Part shown: one piece after another, positions 24,544 to 37,100 of the stretch
How the letters are laid out: each line of letters starts with the position of its first letter
Position numbering within the stretch: position 1 is the stretch's first letter
From: Klebsormidium nitens
Lineage: Eukaryota > Plantae > Klebsormidiophyceae
Length of the DNA stretch: 64,000 nt
Direction of reading: 5' to 3'
NCBI GenBank assembly: GCA_000708835.1
Contig: DF237359.1
Span: forward strand, 1 to 64,000
Translations under genes and position numbers: made by a program
Notes under the pieces: model-generated
Seen by the model: only the letters and a program-made list of their open reading frames with translations
The model's database searches: none
Told to the model about the DNA's origin: nothing

Positions 24544-27500
24544 ATGGGTAGCTCTGAACCACCGCTCTTCCTACGACAGCAGCTGGAGAAGCTGCTTCCA
24601 CCAGCGGAGAAGTTAGGGGCGTCATTGAAGGTGGAGGGGGTGAGTTGCACCAGCAGTGATCATAGCCGTAACTGGCGGAACACAATGCTGCGTCAGTACC
24701 TTTACAGCGTGGTGGACGACATTCTGAGGGACGTGGTGAACGGCGGGTGAGTTGAAGTCACAAAAATCTCAATTTTGAATACATTCTCTTTGATTGCACC
24801 TGGCCCCTCAACTTTCTCGATCTCTTGGAACTTCTCGAGCCTGGTGGTTGATTGAGCGGCATGATTGAGGGGTGCAACGTTCTAGCTGAGTCCTTTGCGC
24901 TGGACTATATGTTTCTCCTTCTGTGTCTGATTCCCCCAAGCCAACTTGAAGTCCCTGCAGGCATTTGTGCCTGGTTCATTAGAAGCAGGCTACGGGAGAA
25001 GCAGACCACTAGCTGTTTTTTCTCCAGAAGCACTTCTTTCAGCTAGCAAGTTCAGTGACCAGTGTGTTTCAATGAGCCCCCCTTTCATTGACCTGGCAGT
25101 GTCTGTTAGGCGATGAGACTTAGGGTACGTCATCTTGGAGAACCCCCCATCAGGTCAGGGGGTGGATCCAGCTGGGAGTTTAACATTTAGGCACTGCATG
25201 TATGTGGGGAGGGAACGAAGAGAAAAGAGCCAACCACTGGACCGGGAGGGGGAGGGGGGGGGAGCTCAATGTATCCTGAGCTAAAGTTTGGCAGTCCTCG
25301 ATAGAAGAGGGGCAACCTTGGCGCATCGTCTGCCGATGGCCTCTGGAGCTAACATAATAGTTTACATGAAGGGTTTTTCAAGCTGCCTTTGGTTCAGCCT
25401 TTCATTAACCAGGGCCACAAAAGGTCCACCTGAGCTGCAAAAGCAAGCTTGCCCAAGTCACCAGCTCAGCTCTTATTTTTTCCAATGCAGATTTGGGGCC
25501 GCGATTGTCGATCCTGCCAGCGGTAAGCTCCTGGCTGCTGAGGCCATCTTCAAGGATGTCGATACGCTCTCATTGGAGAGTCTTGTGGCTGCCTTGTACC
25601 GGGCCCTGAAGGACTTCCTGAGAGAGACAGAGTCTCTGGATGAAAAGGTAAGATCTGGGCGTGTGGGAAATGGCCATACGTGCTTGAGAGGTTTTTGGAG
25701 ATGGGAGATTGGGACTTGCTCTCAACAGTACAGCTTTTAGCACATGGCAAGTACAGGGGGGGGATCAGTCCTGCGCCGATCCAGAAAAGAGAGAATGTCT
25801 GGTTTTCAAAGCCGGGGATTTTTAGTAAGCCGTTTGAATCCAACTTGTTTTGCAGTGTGACCTCGCACATGCCAACTACTTTGAGCTTGACAAGTGGGGT
25901 TTTGGCAGATCAAGCTTCCCCACTCCTCAAGAATCCTCAAGTTGCTCATCCCTTGGCGCGCAGCATAGGACTGGAGTGAAAGGTAGTACACTGGTGAAAG
26001 CGAAACTCGAAGTGGCCGCCTTGGCGAATTCTGCATGGCACGTTGACCTTGTGGTCGCCGTGATTCTGGACCTTTGTGCTGTGCAAACCAACAATCCAGA
26101 CGGTATGCTCCACTTAAGAGATTGGGGACTCACTTCTTCCAAAAGGAACTAATGAAATCACTAGCTGCCCTTCTCATATGTTGCAGACGGGCCTCCTTAT
26201 TGAACCCCTGAACACATGCTGCTTAAATTCCCACTACTAAGGTCCCATAAGCAAGGTCAATAATCCGTTGAAAACCAGGCCGACTAGATTTGTCTGAAGT
26301 TCGTTCTGCTTACTGACTCATCCACGTCTCTCCGATCTTGGCAGTGCTCTTGGGCGTTATTTCATCCTTTTGCATCACTCAAATCTGACTGTCATATCAT
26401 CTGATCATCTGATCGTCATCTTCTCATCATGTGTCAACATCAATCTTATCATACTTTTGATCATCTCGTTTGCTGCGCTGCAGTTCTCGTGGCTCGGAAC
26501 CTTTGGCGTTACCCGATGCCAGATGCTCGGCCAGAGCGGGCTCCTTGCCGCGATCGACTACTTCCTCAGCCGTGCAAAAAAGGAGCCTGCGCTGTGCCGT
26601 GCCTTCCTGGCGCGGCTCGACAAATCGTTCGCCGACCCGACCAAACGCTACTGCGCCATTAGTGTGCGCGCGCTCGCGCGCGCCTGCCTCAAGCATCTTC
26701 TGGGCGCCGCTGACGACACCGCCCAGGCGCCTGATGACGTCTTTGGTCAAGTCAACGCCGCGCTGCCTACGGAGGCGGGTGTTGGCAATTTGGAGGAGGT
26801 GAGCGCGAACGCCATACTTGATGTTATGCTTCTTTACCTACGCTGCGGCATAGATGAAAATGTATTGTCTGTGCACGTCTTTGATACCGTATATAGATTC
26901 GACGTTACTAACATACTCACCTACTGATTTAATCAAGGCCTTCGCTGATATTAGTCGGCAGACTTATCAGATTTCAGTGACCCGTTTCGCAGACTATCTG
27001 TCTCCATTTTCCGCCGAGAGTGGAAGCCGTCGTGCTTGTCGAGTACGAACGTCCTGTAGGAGAGCCTGTTGAAGTTCTTGCCCCCTGAAGCAGTGACGAA
27101 AGAAGTCTGGACGTTGCTCAACCAAGTTGGTACTACGTCGCCCAACGAACGCGGAAATCGAGCTTGCTTTTTGATTCCAGACAACGCTCTGTGTATCTGA
27201 CGACAGTGCGAATGGGGCGCCTTTGTGCAGGCCGGCTGGTACGCGCCACTGGACGAAGGCACTTGGATCGAGAACTACTTTCAAGTTCCTGCCCCAGACG
27301 TGCAGAGCGGCGCGACACAAACTCTGCACCAGCCCGCCGTGATGCCCCAGGCCGCCACAACGCCTCTTCAGGTACGAGATCCTTCGATTGGCACGTACGG
27401 CAAGTAACTGTTCAGTGAACTGTGCTCCCTGAAATTGGGTTGTCTAGCACGTCTTCTTTTTCTGCGGACACACGGATGCTCTTCGTGTTTTTCGGTTCCT

Positions 27501-27893
27501 TCCAGGGAAGCCGGGTCAACCACGGCGTGCCGACGCGGAAATGGAGCCGCTAAATGACACTCTTCTTCAGCGGCCAGCCTCCTTAGCTGCTCAGGTGCAA
27601 TTTCAATACTTTTCCGGAACTTAGCATTAAAGCCGGCTGCGTCTTTGCAGGGGGATCAGCGATTGCCCGTGTACGATCTGGCACGCGACCTGGTTTCCAA
27701 CGGGCACGCGTCCCTGGTTCTCGAATCCTTCGGACCTGTCGCCATGGAAATGGTGGAAGGAGAGAATGCCGTTGAGAGGGTCCAAGAGTTTGAGGCGCAA
27801 GCTGCTCCCTCTGCTCTGAACGAAGCGGGAGGGCGCAGTTTTGGAGGGCTTGAAAGTTTGAGCTGGTATTGTCAGGCTGCTTCTCAGACATAG
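24544..27893 (+). CDS. Hypothetical protein, 5 exons, about 339 aa
   Basis: Exons 24544-24746, 25491-25647, 26523-26798, 27231-27371, 27651-27893. Canonical splice sites, all phases match (1020 nt), and exons are GC-rich relative to introns. No family recognised. Additional exons or an upstream start cannot be excluded. Confidence 0.65.
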
Positions 27894-30800
27894 TTTGTTT
27901 GTGGGGTCAGATGAGGTGCAAAAACTTGTAAATATGTACAGTACATACGTACACGGTTGTATGGAGGTGTACACGTGATATTTGCCGTCGATGTATTTGT
28001 GTATGATTACCGTCCAGTATTTGAGCAATTGACCTTAATATTCGATCCAAATCTTGCCAAGTTGTACTTGGAAAGTGTCAATCGAGCTAGTCGGAACGAC
28101 GAGGTCATATCAGTTTTTCAATTAACGTCTTTTCACTTCTAGTTTCAATCTGTTTTAGTGGTACGTACTACAAGCTGACTCTTTGCAAGGTGCACTGCAG
28201 TAAATAGGATATATGATAATCAAATGCTTCTGAAGCTACACGAAAGTAACCAGTATAAAGTCCGGTGCAGGCGGTTGTGCCAGCAGCTCTGGGTCTATCA
28301 TGCAGCCGCCATCATTGTGCAACCTATTTACTATTTAATTGTCATTCCTACCCGCGTAAAGTGTTAGTACTTTTCCGCGGCCGTGGCACACCATTATGCC
28401 CGGCTGAAGCTGCATGCACAGGATCGCTTATAATATAACAGCTGAGCTAGCCTAGATCAACACAAGAATATGATGTCGGTCAATCATGTTGGCATGAGTG
28501 ACCGGGCAACGGCCGCGGGCCAGAATCATGCATATGAACACCTGGCAGGATCTTTACGGTTTCTAAAGGTGGCCATGCTATATTAGCAACGCGGTCACTG
28601 TCCGGCAAATGATACTGCATGACGCTGTCCCGAAATCAGACAAGCGTAGGGAGCACGTAAAACTGAAGTAGCTGGTTAACTTTGGAGCATGACAGATTTA
28701 TATGCTTTGTAAGCTTCGGCTTCCAACACGTTGGCTCCTACGTAGGTGTCCTGATTGCGTCCCTATTACCTAGATGTGGAGCCTGCGGGGTCACCTGCTT
28801 ACGTCATGCTTAATACTGAATAGTTGACCTGTTACATTTCCGAAACGAGTCTTCGAATCCGCATAACCTGCTAAAGCTCCACAGTGCCCGTGTTGCTTCG
28901 AGCCCTATAAACTTCGATAAGTTCTGTGCCCGTCCGATGTCCGACCTGAGCAAGCAACATGTTTAGCTAATTTCAAACGAAGACCCTTGTTCTTAAGTGT
29001 CTTAAACGCGCACTATTGTGCAACCCCACTCGCACGCAACGGCGCAACTGCCACGTGGCTATCAAAGGGCGGCGTTGATTTACTAGAAATGGAGCGGGAA
29101 AGACGGGAAGGCCTGCTCGTTGCACATGTTGCAATCTACTAAGGTTCGCCTCACTCTACGCTGTCCCGTGAAGGCCCCGTATGCCCGTAAAGCTGGCTTG
29201 AGCCGAGCGGCCTGCCTCGAGCTCCAGTACTGCAAATGCTCGAGTACCTGAAAATGTCATCAAGCGAAGTAACTTTTAAGGAGAGCACAAAGCGCGGTAC
29301 CGGATCGGTACCGTCTCGGAGACGACGCCATCAAGAGAAGATTGTTCCGAGATTACAAAGCGGTTGGGAACGCGGACGTCAGAGCACAATTACCGCGGAT
29401 GTCCTAGGAACGGAACGGACGGAGCGGACGGAACGACCTGCGGAAGGACGCCACGGACGTAAGATGACCGAAACCGGAAGGTAGTTGGAGATCTCACTTG
29501 CACATAGACAAAAGTGAGGAGCGGAGGGACGAGACTGGTAGTCAAACGCAAGACGAGGAAGACTGAAAGTTATTCAGGCAAGAAAGGGCGGCCGGTAGTG
29601 GGATGGAAAAGGTCAAAATAAGCGGATGTAGAATATCCTCAAAACTATTAGGAGCAGGGTGGCAAAGGGCCGCGCAAACGGACGGCGTTTTCAGCAGAAG
29701 ACGGGACGCAAGCGGACGTACAGAACCCGGACGGAGTCGACTTGGTATTTGAGGAAGGCCTACGAGCTACTCATAAGTCTGGAAGCGGAACGAGGGTGCA
29801 TGAAGCTAGCAAGCGAAAGGCTTGCTTGAAACTGATCGAAGGCGACTTGGATACTGAAGGAGGGTTGCCTGAGTGTTTGGTTGATCAGCTCGCTCGTCCA
29901 TCTATATGGGAGGAAGGCCCTCCAGAAGTATCGAACAATTATAAGCTGCGTTGTAATAGAATGTCACTGGCGCGATTCCCTTGACTGGCAGCTTTTTGAG
30001 GGAGTTAAAAAGAATGCTCGCGAACCAGATGTCCGCAACTTAAGTTAGGACGCAATTTAAGTTAGGAGATTAAGCGCGTCTGCATTCTTGTACGTTGGTT
30101 GCAATAGATCCTTCAAGCCTAGCTGCGGCCCGCTAGGTGCTATAGATGTTGTGCCTAAGATTTAAACGGTACTTTGAGATCGCCTGAGCGCTCGCGGATC
30201 TGAAACTACTAATTTTCGTTGTCCCTTCCACCTTAATTGAAACCAGGCCACAACGTCAGTTGAAGGACTCGGCCACGCTATACTCAAGAATAGGACCCAG
30301 ATTTTTAGAGGCTCCGTAGCCTGAAAGAGATCGGTGTGTCAGGGGGTGATCGAGGTGCGCGCGGCTCTGTTGTGTCTAGTCGGCAGACACGCACATCAAC
30401 CGCTATGCTGAAAAGAGAAAGCCTCGCACTCCTACTTCTACATATGATGCAGGGGTTGAACTCGAGCACTTGGTTCCTTCGACTTTTGTTCGATCAGAAA
30501 CAAAGTAGTTGGCTTCCGGCCTTGTTTGTAAAAGCTACACGCGCCCGCGAGCTTCGGCGCTAGCGAACACGTATACATCTACTCTACAATGAGACGCCGT
30601 GTTGATCTCACGAGATCAGATTATGCAAATCTGACCAGCATGATTCAAGGCTGCAACAGATAGCATATGTCGGACGGATGCAGCAAACAAAGGCTTCCAA
30701 GATTTTCGAAGTGGAGTAGTCTTTGTAGCCACGACGAATAACTTATTAAACGATGGCTTAGCCTCGTTCCGACGTTTTCGTTTGCTCTTTCTAATCTGCT

Positions 30801-31172
30801 TATACCAAGCACTTATTCCTTGAGGAGATGTTGGGTCCCTACTTTCTGGCACACACTTGATGTTTCTACCGTCCAATGGCGTGAGCTTATTTGCTAACCT
30901 CCGAATGTTCAGCAGTTCATGGAAAACGTCAGGGGAGCCTGTCTGATCATTCCAAAGCGAGGCTGCTATTCCACATAACTTATGCTCCACGCACCGAGCT
31001 GAAATGCAGTTCTTATTGATCCCGTGCAACTACAAATTCTGACCCATGTCCAAAACCCTACCCAACCTAGCAACATGTCTAACTCAAAACCTTAACCCGA
31101 CTCCCAGTACTTCTCCAGCACGCGATCCCCGCACGCACTCCTGCGCCCACTTGCGCACTTGCCACGTGGCGA

Positions 31173-34100
31173 TCAGCAACTGGCGCCGTTGCAGTAAGTG
31201 GGGATTGGGCGCGGGAATGGCTTGGCCTGCTCGTATGCATACGCCATCTCGATAAGCTTCGCCTCGCTATAGCGCACCCCGTGGAAGACGAATCCGACCG
31301 GGCTGCCCAGGCTGGACTTGAGCCCGGGGACGGAAATGCTCGGGAACCTGGAAAAACGGCCGGGGGATAAATCATCGGTCAGTCTCCTATTACGAAGTGC
31401 TTGGATTGTATTTTCATCTTTTATTGTAAAACGTCTATGCGAATGGCAGTGGACAGCTTGGGGCGGTGACAGCTAGTGCTCGGCAAAAGAACAAAGTTGA
31501 TTGAGAGATGTGAACGGTTTGGAAAAGACTTGAGGAGACCGGCCAAACATGCCGCATCTGACGTGAACGACGATCCTCCGAACGGACAAGTAGCCGTTCA
31601 AAAAGAGCTTCAAGCCTCAGTACTAAATCCAAGATAGGAGTAGAGAGACCGTCTTTTTAGTAGTGCGCAGGAAGAAAGCACATGTCAACCTCAATATGAA
31701 TGTCGCAAGAGTCATATCAAAAAGCAGAGGGAAATACATCGGACAAAAAATACACATAATCCAAACGGATCCTGACATCAGAAGCAGTATGGTACAGTTC
31801 GAAGTGAGGGGGTGCTCACTGGGCGGTGGCAAAGGTACCGGTGAGCCCGCCGGTGGATGTGATCGCGTCGTAGCCGTTGCCGTCCAGGAACGAGGTGATG
31901 CCTGCCGCGACCGCCGATGCGTTCTGTATACGCGGGGAGAAGTTATGATAAGGACTGCTGGGACCCACTGGGCACCGCTAGTGTTCGACGCGTACTCTGA
32001 AATTGGGCTTGATTTCGAATCAAAGCCGTGTTCTGAACGTGACGAAAGTCATTTGGGTGGTCTTCTGCGCGTATTTCAGGAACAACTATTGCTGTTTTTG
32101 GGCGAGTGTTCTTTGATTGACGAGGCTTTTACACAACGCCTGCGATAACCCCCAGTCTTTAGGAATGCGTCAAGGAAGAAAGATAGGTTTACCTGTCTGG
32201 CGCTGATGCAGGTAGGATAGCTAAACCCAGTTGTGCCTTACGGTTTTCCAAGTCTGCTGGTAGAAGTTTTCCGGACGAAACTTTGACAAAGCTCTCAAAG
32301 ATGCCTTGAAATGCAGAAGTGCGTCAAGCAAGAAAGATATGGATCATTAGTTACCTGTTTGGCGCTGATGTAGTTAGGATTGCTAAACCCGGTGGTGTTA
32401 TGCGAACTCTCCCAAGTCTGCTGGAAGAACTTGATTTCCCTCACGCACCTTTGTCAAAACTCAGAAAGACGCCATGATGAGAGTCAGAAGTGTCGAAAAG
32501 AAAGACGGGTTACCTGTTTGGCGCTGATGTAGTTAGGGTTGCTAAACCCGGTGGTGTTCTGCGAGCTTTCCCAGGTCTGCTGGAAGAAGTTGCCGTAGGC
32601 GGGCTCGCCGCGGCAGCACGTGCCGCCCTGGAACTCAAGCAGATAGTTGTCTGCAAAAACGACGGAGAATAAGATCTGGGTCTTTCTCTGTTTACTGGTC
32701 AATCAGACGAGGGACCCTTCGCAAAGGAACGGACCGTAAGTGGAGGCGAATCATCGCGTGCAGAAGAATAACAAAGTCTTGGGGAAGAAGGAAACTGGTT
32801 TTCCGTGAGTGAGACCTTACAAGCAATCACGACTCCCAACGAAAGCGAAGCGGAACGGCAAAATTTGCCTCTGAGCGCCTTTGGACGCACACGCAAAACT
32901 TACAAAAAGCAGAAAAGTATGCGATCGACCCGAGGACCTTCAAGAACAAAAAGACGCATATTGACCATCTGTGGACAGAATTAACGATAGGATCGGACGT
33001 AGGATGACAGAAAGAGTCGGAACAAATCGTCTGAAGTAAATCCGTTCAGAAACTAATGGAGGGAGTACGGATGGCAGATCATGGAGGGCAAAGGACGGAG
33101 GAAGAAATAGCGGACGGCATCTGGAGTGGAAGGCTGCGGACGTAAGCGGACAGAAAACGGACGGCAGAGTGGCTCGAAGCAGATTAAGCAGCAGTAACGT
33201 TATCGAAAAATATTGCGGGTTAGACAGGGGACGGGCACGGCACATAGGCGGCTCGGAATCCGATCAGGACACAGTACGCCTTCGAGACGTGCGGACGGAC
33301 TCGGCCTGCTGGCGGACGGAACGGAATGGAATCGGACGGAAGGCAGATCGACGGACAAACAATGGATGCGAAAAATACGCACTAAGAGAAGAGTGGACGT
33401 GTGGTCTTTGGATTCGAATGGACATGCAAGGTCAGATGACGAATTATAGTTGAAAAGCACAGAAAGGAAGGGAGTTTTCATAACGGTGTTTCCACAGAAC
33501 GAGGGCGCTCACCCTTGTTGAATTGGATCATGTCCGCAAGGGTCTTCTGAACGGTGAAGCCGGGCTTCCAGCTCAGCTCTGCAACAAGAAAAAAGACCAG
33601 GTTAATACGGCGGTTATCGATTCAGGGAAAAGACGCGAGAGACAAGGAGTTAGCTAGACAAGGTCGAGACAGCATTGATAGAGGGTTAAGGAAAAGCAGG
33701 TTTTTTCCATAAAGGGCCCTGCAAAGGAGCCTAAGGAAAGTGGGAAAGGTCGGTATGCAAGAACTTCGTTAACCCAGAAACCAGATTTGATCCGCAAGTA
33801 GCTCTAAAACTTCGTTAGGACAGCCCACAGAGGACTTCTGAGCCGGTTTCAACCTTAATTCAGATCACTGGGGGAGGTGCTCAGGCCGACAAGTTCCGGA
33901 AACCCCTTCTGTGAAAGATATTCGACATATTATTTTAGGAGATTGATTGAAGGGGTCTGAAAGGGCAAGAGGAGAGCCGTAAAACCCGAATCGCTTGACA
34001 ATCAAACCAAATCGTTTGACCGCCATCGCGAGAACCGTACAGTTCTGGATTATCTCTCGAAATTCTGGATTCGAACTTGGAGAAAAACGCCGATCTTCGA

Positions 34101-37100
34101 ACGATCAAACTGCTGTAGACGCGTACCTGAGAGGAACTGGTTGATGTTGACCTTGAAGTCTGTGGACAAGATGCCGCCCGTTCCGCCTGTTCCGAGATTG
34201 GCCGTTCCGGGGATGGTGAACGGAAACGGAAGCTCGTCCACGGTGGCGCCCTGGGCCCTGTGCAACAAGGATGGGGAAAGTGAGGAACCAGGGTGTGCAG
34301 TCTTTCCGAATTTACATGGAATCGGAAAGAAAAGGTCGACGGAAACCGGAACGGCCGGAAAGCAGTTCCAGGGGAAAACGGATAGCGCCCTCAGCGCTGC
34401 GCAGAGGAACGGAAAAGGAGCGGAATTGTAAGCAGGATGCAGTGTCACGTTCTGCCTCATTGACGAAAGCGAAAGCGACAGCGGAAGCGGAAGCGGAAGC
34501 GGAAGCGGAAGCGGAAGCAGGCACTGAAGGTGGGCCATTAAGGCGCTCCAGACTTGCCAGGGAGAGTTGTCTCGATTCCATGTTGAAACTAAGGGCCGTG
34601 TTGACCAAGGAGGGCGCCCGGGGGACGGGTAGGGTTGGTTTGAGGGTTAGGGTGGGTACGGGTGCGGAGCGTGTCATTTTTGGTTTCAGTTTTTCGTTTT
34701 GTTTTGGTCCCCGAGCACTGCCCTTAGTCACCATGCTCTTATTCGATATGAAGTCGAGAAGTACTTGGGAGGGTGAAACAAAAGGGCAACATGTGGTGAT
34801 TGGATTGCTGAGCCGGACCAATAGCTTAGAAGCACCGTGACTAGGTTCCGCAAGCTTTAAGAAGATAGATGAGTCGACGGGGGTGATATCTCGATTGTTA
34901 AGCTGGCAATCCCTGAAAGGCTGGAACTGAAGATTCCTGGTCTGTTCTGACCTTTGGAGCCAGGTGAGACCGGCGGGAGGCTATCAAATGATACGATCGA
35001 TAACGAGAGTACACGGAAATGAAATGGGCCGTGAATAGCTTTACAGAGAAGAAATCGAAAATGAACGCTAAGGTCAGAGCACTCCGGGTCTACTTCTGGA
35101 ATGTACAAAGGTTGAACGGATGTGATAATCGGAATGGCATAGACTGGTGAAATAAACTGAAGATCGAGGAAAGTATGGCGGTGATTGCCATGCAGAATTG
35201 CACGACAAGGAAGAAATCGATTCACTAAAAAGCTTCGAAAGTAAAAGAGAAGAACCCTGGACCACAATGGCAGGTGAGGGTAACTGGGGGACGAAAAAAG
35301 AGAAAAGAGAAAAGGAAAAGAGAGAAGACGAAAGAAAAAAGAAAGAAGAAAAAAGAAAGAAGAAAAAGAAAAAATAATAAAGAATAAAGACGCTCACCTG
35401 AGGATATCAGGAATGGCGTTGTAACCTTCGAGCGTGGCCGAGTTGGTCGTGTTGGGGTTAAGGGGCAGGAACGCAATCTTCTTGCCTGCGACCATCAGAC
35501 AAACAGAAAAGGAGGACGTCACTTTATAGAGCTTTTTGCACTCGGGACTCCAAATGGTGAGCCCGTGCTTCTTGATCTTGGACCCTTGGATCGGCGTTGA
35601 AACGACATCTAAGGACTCGACTTTCCGAACATTTGATGAACTGACGAAGCAACTTCGCGGATCAAATCGTTGTATTTCGAAGGGTACCAAATGAGAACGG
35701 GTTGAGTTGGTGATGTCACGGTCTGACCATGCTTTGAACTCTGTTATTGTGGAACTAGATGGGCGGCACGCGCTTGGGAAAGATTGTGGTGAGATTGAGG
35801 CGTGTCAAATAGATCGACTGGAAATGTAGGCTGAGTACTCTAAGTAATCAAGCAGAAGTTCTGGCGTGCTTTTCTGTATCCTTCGGGTAAAACCGCTCAG
35901 GGTTCTCAACCGGCCAGTTTTCTTGCCGGTATCGACTCCGCCTAAGCTCCATCCCGATCGATGTAGTGAACAGTAACAGCCGGTGAACAGTAACGGAGAC
36001 GGGTCCGGTTGGTTAGGGGTTAGGGTGGGCAAGGGTGGGAAGCGAGTGGTCTTCTGGGTTAGGGTTTGTGGTAACCCCGAAATGCTTACTGTTTACTGGG
36101 CTTACAGTCCAATAGATCGAGAAATAGCTAAGCTCCACCAACCAGCGCCGTCACTTAGCGCGAGAATCGACTAACTTCAACAGAATCCGTCCTTATAAAA
36201 ACACACTCTTTTCGAAGACTCTTCGTCTTTCCCCATTAAGCACCATCCGTCTAGCTTTTCCAAATCTGGGCTTCTCAAATGAAGATGCAGAGCGAGCGCA
36301 TTCACACCTTGCAGGCCCGTCGTCTTGAGGAACTGCGCGAAGCCGCCCGCGGGCACGACCTGTCCGGCGGTGTACGAATCCTTCGGGTCGACGCCTGTGG
36401 TAGCGTCCAAAAGGTACACAGCGTCCGCGACGGTCCGGCACATGGGCCTGCACATCGGACCGTTGATTCGAGTATCTGACGGCTGAGATCCGTCACTTCT
36501 CAAACCGAAGCGCTGAAAGTGGTACGTGATAGAACGCCGCAGAACGCCACGAGAACGACTTACGCAGTGAAAGGTGCTAAGATTTAAACTGCTTTGCGAG
36601 TCTTTGGGACGTGCCCTGGTTTTCAAAGTTGAACCGCTAGAATTGGCAGCAGAAACCCATGCTCAGTCTGCGTTCCTAAGTCACAAGCGGATTTCGACGG
36701 CTGAGATGTCTAGAGGCAGTGTTTTTACAGACGACTGTGAAATTGCGAACGGTTGGACCGTCCGAGCAGAGCACCGAACGCCTGAGGTAAGTCATCGCTA
36801 TCAAGACGTGACGTCACGTTTTGATAGGGCTGCTGAGGGGATTTGTAGTGTCTTCAAAGCGCTGAACCGCGCTTGTGAAGCTAGTGTCCCAACCGTCACA
36901 GTTCCGTTACCGTTAAACAACTCACCCGGCGGTGTCCTGGGACTCCGAGAGCGGAATGACGCCGGCGCGGCTGACGAGGCCCACGGTGGGCTTGATTCCG
37001 ACGATTCCGTTCGCTCCGCTGGGGCCCAGGATCGATCCGCTCGTCTCAGATCCGATGGTCACCATCGCCTGCAGCAGCCGTACGACGAATCAGACTAGAC

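Noticed and set aside
25070-25272. Possible MITE (CAATGAGCCCCCC ... GGGGGGAGCTCAATG) with a G-rich tract
   Set aside because: The terminal match is short, imperfect and low-complexity, with no TSD and no second copy in the window.
30035-30070. 17-bp tandem duplication CGCAA(C/T)TTAAGTTAGGA x2
   Set aside because: Isolated two-copy intergenic repeat with no further structure.
30616-31029. 137-aa minus-strand ORF just downstream of the amidase stop
   Set aside because: No recognisable motif or splice structure; probably a chance ORF in 3' UTR or intergenic DNA.
29380-33440. CGGA/CGGAA-rich stretches at about 29400-29740 and about 33000-33400 as a retroelement or LTR pair
   Set aside because: Low-complexity similarity only, with no alignable LTRs, PBS, or gag/pol motifs.
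34050-34840. Overlapping ORFs with LPLPLP, ASASAS and AEAEAE runs
   Set aside because: Translations of the (GCGGAA)n microsatellite in an intron.
34625-36070. GGTTAGGG telomere-like words in amidase introns
   Set aside because: Only isolated, non-tandem words; on the sense strand they resemble CTAAC branch-point or pyrimidine-rich intron text.
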